NCBI GenBank assembly: GCA_963785725.1
Contig: CAWAWS010000018.1
Location: forward strand, 1-64,000
Length of the DNA stretch: 64,000 nucleotides
Source: an uncultured delta proteobacterium
GTDB lineage: Bacteria; Myxococcota_A; Polyangia; Palsa-1104
Reading direction: 5' to 3'
Shown: one piece after another, positions 54,975-64,000 of the stretch
Layout of the letters: each line of letters starts with the position of its first letter
Numbering within the stretch: position 1 is the first letter of the stretch
Translations under genes and position numbers: made by a program
Notes under the pieces: generated by a model
Database searches by the model: none
Seen by the model: the letters and a program-made list of their open reading frames with translations, nothing else
What the model was told of the DNA's origin: nothing

Positions 54975-56435
54975 TCAGCTCGGGCGCGCCAAGCGGCCGA
55001 GCGGCACGAACGCGCCCGCGGACGGCGGCGTGACCGCTTTCGGCGGCTGGAACTCGAGCGCGTACGCCGCCGCCGTCTCGGCCGAGCGGACGGCGCTCTC
55101 GATCGTCGCCGGCAACCCCGTGCGCACGTAATCGCCGGCCGCGAACAGCCCGGCGATCGGGCTCTGCGTGCGCGGGCGATAACCTTCGGCGCCGGCCTCG
55201 TGGGCGATCGTGGCCTCGCGCTCCTTGATGACGCGCGCGTGCAGCAACTTGGCCTGCGCCGCCGCCGGCACCAGCCGCTGCAATTCGCCGACGAGCAGCC
55301 GCACGATCTCGTCGCTCGGCCGATCGACGAGCGCGCGCGCCGCCGACACGACGAGCGACAAGTGGCTGCGCTGGCGATCGCGCACGTCGACGAGCTGGTT
55401 GCGATGGAAGATCCAATGCAGCGGCGAGCCGACGACGCCGATCAGCGCCTCTTGCGTCACCAGCCGATCGAGCCACAGGTGCAACGACACGATCGGCGAC
55501 GACTGCAGCCGTTCGATGCCGCTCCACCACGGCACGTCTTGGCGCAGCGCCGGCTCGACGAGCGCCAACAGCGCGCGCGGCGGCACGGCGGCGATGACGG
55601 CGTCGGCCGCGATCTGCTCGCCGCCGCGCAACGAGACACCGCGCGCCACGCCGCCGTCGACGAGGACGCGCTCGACGGCCGCCGCCGGCCGCACGGTCGC
55701 GCGGTTCGCCTGCAGCCACGCGCGCGCCGGCTCGACGTACAGCTCCGACAAGGGCACCTTGGCCGCGCCCAGCCGACCGTCGGCGTCGGGACCGAAGAAG
55801 GCCTCGCGCAGGACCGTCTCGAGCAGCTTGGCCGAGGCCGTGCGCGGGTCGTCGTTGAGCGTCGCCAGCGTCAGCGGATGAAAGAACGCGCGCCGCGCCG
55901 CCGGCGATTGCCCGAGCCGATCGAGCCACGCGTCGACGGTCTCGTAATCCGCCGCCGGCGGCAGGAGGCGCGACGGCAGCCGAATCGCCGCCGCCACTTT
56001 GCCGAGGCTGAGCTTGTCGCGCCAGGACAGCGACGAAAAGCCGGCCACGCCGCCCAAGAGATCGAGCGGCGGCGGCAGTCGCGCGGCCTGCAGCCGCGAA
56101 GTCCGTCCGCTCTCGCCGTCGACGAACGCCACCGCCAGCCGTGGCTGCAGATCCAGTTGCGCCGCGGTGCCGATGCGCGCGAGAAAACGTCGCGTCGCGC
56201 GGTAGCAGCCCATGAACAGGTGCTGGCCGTTGTCGATGCTGTCGCCGCTGGTCTCGTCGACGACGGCGTAGGCGCGACCGCCGAGCCGCGGGCGGCGCTC
56301 GAGCAGCGTCACGCGCGCGCCGGCGGTGCACAAGCTCGTCGCGGCGGCGAGCCCGGCGAAGCCGCCGCCGATGACGACCACATGATTCGCCCTTCCTTGC
56401 GCCGAGAGGCGAGGGCGAGGGTCGGGGAGACTCAT
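54975..56435 (-). CDS. hpnE: Hydroxysqualene dehydroxylase HpnE
   Basis: IGGGFAG, GGRA, DNGQHLFMGCY, AGDYVRTGLPATIESAVRS; follows hpnC and hpnD. Confidence 0.9.
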   Translation of the reverse strand: MSLPDPRPRLSAQGRANHVVVIGGGFAGLAAATSLCTAGARVTLLERRPRLGGRAYAVVDETSGDSIDNGQHLFMGCYRATRRFLARIGTAAQLDLQPRLAVAFVDGESGRTSRLQAARLPPPLDLLGGVAGFSSLSWRDKLSLGKVAAAIRLPSRLLPPAADYETVDAWLDRLGQSPAARRAFFHPLTLATLNDDPRTASAKLLETVLREAFFGPDADGRLGAAKVPLSELYVEPARAWLQANRATVRPAAAVERVLVDGGVARGVSLRGGEQIAADAVIAAVPPRALLALVEPALRQDVPWWSGIERLQSSPIVSLHLWLDRLVTQEALIGVVGSPLHWIFHRNQLVDVRDRQRSHLSLVVSAARALVDRPSDEIVRLLVGELQRLVPAAAQAKLLHARVIKEREATIAHEAGAEGYRPRTQSPIAGLFAAGDYVRTGLPATIESAVRSAETAAAYALEFQPPKAVTPPSAGAFVPLGRLARPS

Positions 56436-56439
56436 GTGG

Positions 56440-57336
56440 CTATGAGAACGACAGCGTCAGGCGATGCAGCTTGGCGCGCGCGAAGTTACCGAGCGCGATG
56501 GTCATCTTGTCGAGCCGGCTCACCGTCGTTTTGGCGCCGAAGACGTCGAAGTTGCGCGCCTCGATCCGCTGCAGCAGCCGATAGTAGATGTCGCCCATGA
56601 TCTCGGCGATGACGAGCTTGCGCCGCTCGTCGATCGACAGGGCCGCGCGCGCGCGCAGATAATGCGAGCGCGCGCGCGCCGCTTCGAACTGCATGAGCCG
56701 CACGAACTTCGCCGAGCGATTGCCCGCCACCAAATCCTCGATGGTGACGCCGAATTGCGCGAGCTCGTCGGCGGGCAGATAGACGCGACCGCGGCGCGCG
56801 TCCTCGGCCACGTCGCGCAAGATGTTCGTCAGCTGCAGCGCCAGGCCGAGATCGACGGCATAGCGGCGCGCCGCCTCCTGGTTCGCCGGCGTGTAGCCGA
56901 AGATCTCGATGCACATGAGACCCACCGCCGAGGCGACGCGATAGCAATACAGGCGCAGCTCGTCCCAGCTGGCGTAGCGCGTCTTGTCGATGTCCATGGC
57001 GCAGCCGTCGATGACCGCCTCGACGTCCTGCCGGCGAATGCCGAAGCGCTGCACGGCCGCTTGCAAGCGCGCGGCGACCGGATGCGCCGGCTCGTTCGGG
57101 CCGTAGACATGCTCGAGCTCGTCGCGCCAGCGGGCGATGCCGGCCAGCTTGTTTGCGACCGGCGCCTCTTCGTCGACCACATCGTCGACGAGGCGGCAGT
57201 AGGCGTAGACGGCTTCGAGCGCCTCACGCTTGTCGCGCGGTAGAAACAGGAAGGCGTAGTAGAAGTTCGACTTCGAGCGCGTCGTCAGCTTGCGGCAGTA
57301 GGCCGCGGCGCCTTCGATGAACGATGTGTCAGGCAT
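56440..57336 (-). CDS. hpnD: Presqualene diphosphate synthase HpnD
   Basis: SNFYYAF, YCRLVDDVVD, YCYRVASAVG, LQLTNILRDVAED. Confidence 0.9.
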   Translation of the reverse strand: MPDTSFIEGAAAYCRKLTTRSKSNFYYAFLFLPRDKREALEAVYAYCRLVDDVVDEEAPVANKLAGIARWRDELEHVYGPNEPAHPVAARLQAAVQRFGIRRQDVEAVIDGCAMDIDKTRYASWDELRLYCYRVASAVGLMCIEIFGYTPANQEAARRYAVDLGLALQLTNILRDVAEDARRGRVYLPADELAQFGVTIEDLVAGNRSAKFVRLMQFEAARARSHYLRARAALSIDERRKLVIAEIMGDIYYRLLQRIEARNFDVFGAKTTVSRLDKMTIALGNFARAKLHRLTLSFS

Positions 57337-57348
57337 GGCTGGGGTCGC

Positions 57349-58286
57349 TTAGCGAGCCGAGATCCACTGCGGCCAGCGCTGCGTCGCGGCGCGCGCCACC
57401 ATGCGCGCCTTGTCGGCCGTGTTCAGCGTCGGACGGCGGCGGAAGACGTCGTAGCCGACCGCCTCGATCTTGTCGAGGATGGTCGAGCCGCCGCGCCAGA
57501 TCATGGCCAGCTCGAAGCCCAAGTCGCTGCCCACTTTGTCGATGAGCGGCCGGCCGCGCTCGAACAGCGCCCGCGCGCGCGCCACTTCGTAGCGCATGAG
57601 CGAGCGGAACTGCGGCGTGCACTGGCGCGCGTAGATCGTCTCGTCGGTCACGCCGAAGTGCTTGCGATCTTCCTCGGGAATATAGATGCGATCTTTGGCC
57701 AGATCGACGCCGACATCCTGCCAGAAGTTCGCCAGCTGCAGCGCCGTGCACAAGTCGTCCGAGTAGTTGTGCAGCGACGAATCGCGATAGTTGAAGATGT
57801 AGAGCACGAGCCGGCCGACCGGATGCGCCGAGTGCGCGCAGTAGCTCTTGAGCTGCTCGAACGTCTGATAGCGGTTCACCGACAGGTCCATCGTGAACGC
57901 CGTCAGCATCGCCTGCAGCGGCTGAATCGGAATGTCGCACTGCTCGATCGTCTCACGCAGCGCGATGAACACCGGATGCTCGGCCTCGCCGTGGAAGCAG
58001 CGCTCGAGCTCGGTCTCCCAATATTCGAGCGCCTCGGTGCGCCGGCCGGCGTAGCGCGCCTCGTCGGCGAAGTCGTCGGCCGAGCGCGCGAACGCGTAGA
58101 CGGCCCAGACGAACGGACGCAGCCGATTGGGCACGAAGCGCGACGCGACCGGGAAATTCTCGTAGTGGCCACGCGCCATGCGCTCGCAATAAGCGAACGA
58201 CTGCTCGAGCGTGTAAGCCTCCTTGGCCGCCAGGTGCAGCTCCGGCAGCGGGATGGCGTTGGGCCGCGATTCGACGACTCGACGGA

Positions 58287-58290
<4 letters not shown>
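57349..58290 (-). CDS. hpnC: Hydroxysqualene synthase HpnC
   Basis: HYENFPVAS, YAFARSADDFADE, SAHPVGRLVL, LQLANFWQD; GTG start with GGAGG RBS. Confidence 0.92.
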
Positions 58291-59611
<1,321 letters not shown>

Positions 59612-59615
<4 letters not shown>

Positions 59616-60529
59616 AAGCTCTCCAATCGCAAGCCCGGCGCCGGAGCGTCGAGCGAAAGCAGCGTCAAACCAGCGGCGCGCGCGTCCGCGTGCAGCTTGG
59701 CCGTGGCATCGGCCCCGATCGTAAATGCGACGCCGAGGTCGCCGCCGCCGGCGCCCGACGGCTTGGCCGCGCCGCCATGACGGCGCGCCAGCTCGGCCAA
59801 CTGTGCGTGCGGCTTGCAAACGATGGCGCAGCCGGCGGCGTCGCCGAGCGCGCCCATCGCGATGCCGTAGGCGTCGGCCGCGCGCACGAGCTCGACCGCG
59901 TCGTCGTCGGCGATGGCGGCGGCGAAGGCGTGCGCCTGCGACAACAGGCGACCGATGGCGGCGTCATGGGTCTGCGGCGCCGATTCGGCCAGCGCTTTGA
60001 CTTTGCCGATGAGCTGCGCCGTCGACGCCGGCTGCCCGGCCCACAAGAAGGTCAAGTGCACGCCGGCCGGCAGCTCGACCGGCGTAATGTCGGGACGACC
60101 GCCCGCGTGCCGCTGGAAACGGAGCGCGCCGCCGTAGACGCTGCAGGCGACGTCGACGCCGGAGCCGCGCGTGCCTTGCGCTTCGGCGTGCGCTTCGTCG
60201 GCGATGTCGAACAAGGCGCGACGATCGGACAAGTCGCGACCGGCTCTGGCGAAGGAGAGCCCGACGACCGCCGTCGTCACCGCCGCCGACGAGCCCAACC
60301 CGAGCTTGCTCGAGCCTTCGTACAGCGCCGACGAATCGACGCGCACGTCGAGCTTGGCGCCGCCGGCGCGTGACGCGTGGCGAATCGCCTGCACGACGAA
60401 GGGCGTGGCGTCGCCTTTGCCCGCCTGCGCGCGCACCGAACGGCCGACGGCGACGGCGATCGCCGGCGCGCCGTGCAGCACGGCGTACTCGCCCGCGAGG
60501 ATCGCTTTGCCCGGCGCCGCGACGATCAT
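59612..60529 (-). CDS. Phosphomevalonate kinase (GHMP)
   Basis: APGKAILAGEYAVL, KLGLGSSAA, GSGVDVACS, KPSGAGGGD. Confidence 0.85.
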
Positions 60530-61497
60530 GCTTCCAACACTTCCGCGCGCGGACCCGGCTTGCAGATCCAGGTGCGACCGAGCTTCGCCAGCGCGCGCTC
60601 GACCTCCTCCGCGTATTTGGCGACGGTGAGCGCCTTGACGTGCGGGCCGGCGTCGCAGGTGAACCACGCGGGAATGCCGCTCTTGCGCAGCTCTTGGATG
60701 ATGCGCCAGCCTTCGATGGTGGCGCCGTGGAAGTAGACGACCGCCGGCCGCGCCGCCATCGCCGACGCGTGCATCGACAGGCAGCTCGCCTCGGTGACGG
60801 TGCCGAGCGCCTCGAGATCGCGGCGGGCAATGGCCTCGCGCGCGGTCGTCAGGTCGGCTTCGCTCATCCGCACCCAAGCATCATAGTAGGGTGACGTTTC
60901 CGCCGTGTGTCGCATGCCGTCCGTCGACAACGTCGACTTCGGGCCGGTGACGGTGGCGGCGATGACGAGCCGCACGTCCCAGTCGCTGGCGATGGGCGTG
61001 GCGAACGCATCCTCGCCGTCGGCGCGCTGGCCGCGGGCCATCTCGGCGAAGCCGCCGAAGATCGAGCGCGCCGCCGAGCCCGAGCCGCGCCGCGCCAACA
61101 CCGACAACTCGCGATCGTCGAGCGCCAGGCCGGCCGCGCGCGTCGCCGCCAGCGCCAACGCCGCGAACGCCGAGGCCGACGAGGCCAAGCCGGCTGCCGT
61201 CGGAAAGTCGTTGGCGCTCTCGACGCGCGCATGCGTGGAAATGCCGGCGCGCGCCCGCACGATGTCGAGGAATTTGGCGACGCGACCGACGGCGCGGGCA
61301 TCGGCCGGCTCGCCGTTGAGCAGGAGCGAATCGGCGCCTGCGCTGCCGTCGAAGGCGACGCTCGTGCGCGTCGACAGCCCCTCCAGCGTCAGCGACAAGG
61401 AGCCGACCGCCGGCAGATTGAGCGCGCCGTCGCGCTTGCCCCAATATTTGACGAGCGCGATGTTGGTGTTCGCGCGCGCGATGGCTTTCCCGTTCAC
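60526..61497 (-). CDS. mvaD: Diphosphomevalonate decarboxylase
   Basis: NIALVKYWGK, FPTAAGLASSAS, RRGSGSAARS, DAGPHVK. Confidence 0.95.
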   Translation of the reverse strand: MNGKAIARANTNIALVKYWGKRDGALNLPAVGSLSLTLEGLSTRTSVAFDGSAGADSLLLNGEPADARAVGRVAKFLDIVRARAGISTHARVESANDFPTAAGLASSASAFAALALAATRAAGLALDDRELSVLARRGSGSAARSIFGGFAEMARGQRADGEDAFATPIASDWDVRLVIAATVTGPKSTLSTDGMRHTAETSPYYDAWVRMSEADLTTAREAIARRDLEALGTVTEASCLSMHASAMAARPAVVYFHGATIEGWRIIQELRKSGIPAWFTCDAGPHVKALTVAKYAEEVERALAKLGRTWICKPGPRAEVLEA

Positions 61498-62381
61498 GCT
61501 CGGACCTCGGCTGCGAAGCCGCGGAAGCCGGCGCGCTCCCATGCGGCGATGACGTCTTCGGAGTGCCCGACGGCGATGACGCAGCCGCCGCCGCCACCGC
61601 CGGTGAGCTTGGCGCCGACCGCGCCGGCGTCGCGGGCGATGGCACACAGCCGCTCGATCTCGGGGCAGCTGACCTCCAGCGCCTCCAAGTGGCGCTGGTT
61701 CTCGTTCATGGCCGCGCCCAATTCACCGACGGCGCCGCGCTCGACGGCCGCGCGTCCGCGCTCGACGAGCGCCGCGATGGCGTCGAAGCGCGCGCGCACC
61801 TCGTCGCCGCGCTCGGCCAGCAATTCGGCGACGCGGGCGACGCGGCCCTTGGTGTCGCGCGTCTTGCCGGTGTGACCGACGGCGATGGCGATGGGCGGCG
61901 CGCTCACCGAATTCAGCCCGGCGGCGCGCGTGAACACGCCGAATCCGCCGGCGAGCGACACCGTATGGTCGAGGCCGCTCGGCGTGCCGTGAATGACGGT
62001 CTCCGAATCCATCGCCGCCTGCGCCAGCGTCGCGCCCGACAAGCCGAGCGCGCGGCCGATCGCGACCGCCATCGCCGCCGACGAGCCGAGCCCCGCGCCC
62101 GTCGGCAAGTGAAAGCGCAGCGTCAAGTCCACATCTACGCGCCCCGAGTGCTGCCGGATTGCCGTGTAAGCGCGCGACAACGACAGCTCGTCGACGCGCG
62201 TCGGGTCGATCGTCACGTTCCACTCGGGAATGTGCAGGAGGCCGCGGCCGGGCGTCACTTCGACGCTGACGCCGCCGGCGAGCGCGCCGGCGAGCGCCGG
62301 ATGGCCGTACACCACCGAATGTTCGCCGAGCAAGATGACCTTGCCGTGCGCGCGATGCGTTTCCACTTCAGCGTGCGTCAA
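61494..62381 (-). CDS. mvk: Mevalonate kinase
   Basis: GKVILLGEHSVVYG, PTGAGLGSSAA, HGTPSGLD, KLTGGGGGG; TTG start inferred from overlap with the fni stop. Confidence 0.93.
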   Translation of the reverse strand: MTHAEVETHRAHGKVILLGEHSVVYGHPALAGALAGGVSVEVTPGRGLLHIPEWNVTIDPTRVDELSLSRAYTAIRQHSGRVDVDLTLRFHLPTGAGLGSSAAMAVAIGRALGLSGATLAQAAMDSETVIHGTPSGLDHTVSLAGGFGVFTRAAGLNSVSAPPIAIAVGHTGKTRDTKGRVARVAELLAERGDEVRARFDAIAALVERGRAAVERGAVGELGAAMNENQRHLEALEVSCPEIERLCAIARDAGAVGAKLTGGGGGGCVIAVGHSEDVIAAWERAGFRGFAAEVRA

Positions 62382-63469
62382 CGCGCCTGCTCCAGCCACG
62401 CGCGCAACGTCGAGCCCAACACCTTCGGCGCCGTGCGCAGCTCCGACGGCGTGCGGCAGCCGGTCAAGAACACGGTGGCGCGCACGCTGGCGATGACCTG
62501 CTCCAAGAAGCGGATGACGTTGTCGTAGCCGCCGTCGCGATGGGCGCGCAAGACCGGCGCCGCCAAGCCGCCAGCCGTCGCGCCGAGCGCCAGCGCGTGA
62601 CAGACGTCTTGTCCGCTGCGCAATCCGCCGGTGGCGATGATGTCGAGGCCCAAGTCGGACAAGAGGCCGACCGAAGCCGCCGTCGGAATGCCCCAATCCC
62701 ACAGCTCTTCGCCGAGCGCCTTGGCCTGGCCGGTGGCGCGCTTGGTCTCGACGCCGACCCAGCTCGTGCCGCCCGCGCCCGACGTGTCGACGGTGCGAAT
62801 GCCGAGCTGCTTGGCCACCATGCCCACGCGTCGCGACAGACCGGCGCCCGTCTCCTTGAGCACGATCGGCAGGCCGAGCTCGCCGTGCAGCCGCTGCAAG
62901 GTCTCGCGGCCGCCGCGGAAATCGCGGTCGCCGCCCGGCTGAATCAGCTCCATCGACGTCGCCAAGTGCACGCACAAGGCGTCGACGCCGATCGCCGAGC
63001 ACAGCTCGCGGATGGCGTTCGTCGACATCTGCCGCGCCTGCACGATGCCCAAGTTGCCCATGACGAGCGCGTTCGGCGCCACGTCGCGCACGCGATAGGT
63101 CCAGCCGAGATCGGGCGCGACCACCATCGCGCGCTGCGAGCCCAAGCCGAAGCCGAGCCCGAGCTGCTCGGCGGCGCGCGCCAGGTCGCTGTTGATCTTC
63201 GCCGCTTCCGGCGTACCACCGGTCATGCCGCTGATGACGACCGGCGCCTTCAGCCGCTTGCCGAGCAGCGTCGTCGTCAAGTCGACGTCGTCGAAGTGGC
63301 GATCGGGCAGCGCGTCGTGCACCAGCGCCACCTCGTCGAGGAGGGTGCCTTTGCCGCGGAACTCGACCTCGCCCGACGCGCACAAGGCCAAGTGGTCCGC
63401 CTTGCGCTGCTGAATGCCGGGCGAGCCGTTGTGCGGGTCGCCGTTGCCGCTCTTTGAATCGCTGCTCAT
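62378..63469 (-). CDS. fni: Type 2 isopentenyl-diphosphate isomerase
   Basis: RKADH, SGMTGG, GSQR, KETG, GAGGTSW, TGGLRSG. Confidence 0.95.
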   Translation of the reverse strand: MSSDSKSGNGDPHNGSPGIQQRKADHLALCASGEVEFRGKGTLLDEVALVHDALPDRHFDDVDLTTTLLGKRLKAPVVISGMTGGTPEAAKINSDLARAAEQLGLGFGLGSQRAMVVAPDLGWTYRVRDVAPNALVMGNLGIVQARQMSTNAIRELCSAIGVDALCVHLATSMELIQPGGDRDFRGGRETLQRLHGELGLPIVLKETGAGLSRRVGMVAKQLGIRTVDTSGAGGTSWVGVETKRATGQAKALGEELWDWGIPTAASVGLLSDLGLDIIATGGLRSGQDVCHALALGATAGGLAAPVLRAHRDGGYDNVIRFLEQVIASVRATVFLTGCRTPSELRTAPKVLGSTLRAWLEQAR

Positions 63470-63661
63470 TCGGCGCCTTTCCATAGCATGAAGCATGCGC
63501 ATCGGCCTTCGTTGCCTGGCCCTAGCGTATTCATATAGTTACGTAGCTCGCTGTTTTGGGGACGTGCGGGTTCGCCCACAAGCGCGTGTGCGATATCGCA
63601 CCGGCGCGCGATCGTTAGCCTTTCGGCGACTTTGGGCGGCTTTCGGCTATAACTGGCGCGC

Positions 63662-64000
63662 ATGCCCGGTCGTCCGCTCGGCACCACTCAGATGATCCTG
63701 CACGCCGCCGCCCGCGTCCTCGGCTGTGGCTCGGTGCAGCTGACGGTGCTCGATGACGAGCGCAACCAGCTCATCTTCACCACCAGCATTCAGAACCGCG
63801 AGCTCGAGCGGCTGGCGGCGGTGGAGTCGCTGCTCGGCTTTCGGCTCGAAGGCGCGGTCATGCCGATGGACAACGACTCGTCGCTGCTCGTGCGCGCGCT
63901 GCGACACGAGCGGCTCATCGTCACCAACGACGTCGCCGATTTGGCCGGCGGGCTCGTGTCCGACAGCGCGCTCGATCAAATTCGCACGACGATCGGGCCG
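63662..64000 (+). CDS. GAF-like sensor domain protein, 3' truncated
   Basis: Manual translation MPGRPLGTTQMILHAAARVLGCGSVQLTVLDDERNQL...SLLVRALRHERLIVTND..., open to the window end. Confidence 0.6.
   Translation, partial: MPGRPLGTTQMILHAAARVLGCGSVQLTVLDDERNQLIFTTSIQNRELERLAAVESLLGFRLEGAVMPMDNDSSLLVRALRHERLIVTNDVADLAGGLVSDSALDQIRTTIGP

Overview
High-GC (about 70% by eye) chromosomal core region. Gene content suggests Myxococcota/Polyangia (inference): Ser/Thr kinase-PEGA modules, DnaK paralog, cN-II nucleotidase, mevalonate pathway. Gene order: YfhO-like protein; ccsA-like, hemA, hemC; cpoB-like and LysM proteins; dprA, topA, trmFO, [lipoprotein, kinase, TPR/PEGA], xerC, hslVU; argB, argD, argF, [J-protein, Hsp70, Pro-rich protein], argG; transglutaminase-like protein; nucleotidase; murJ; DksA-like; lexA; TonB-like; csp; SpoIID; dacB; ABC substrate-binding protein; PilZ; rarA. 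The window ends with a minus-strand isoprenoid cluster (fni, mvk, mvaD, pmk, mvaA, hpnC, hpnD, hpnE, FAD monooxygenase). I found no rRNA, tRNA, CRISPR array or transposase. Most notable: (1) four ~120-165 bp intergenic fold-back elements with unrelated terminal repeats but a shared internal core, all next to stop codons; (2) a 57-aa CxxC/CxxC protein missed by the ORF track, with a sigma54-type promoter; (3) many genes with a TANNNT hexamer 6-8 nt before the start codon (probably leaderless); (4) 14 frameshifts confined to 3-26 kb that look like mixed-allele consensus artefacts. All calls are from manual reading; no searches were run.
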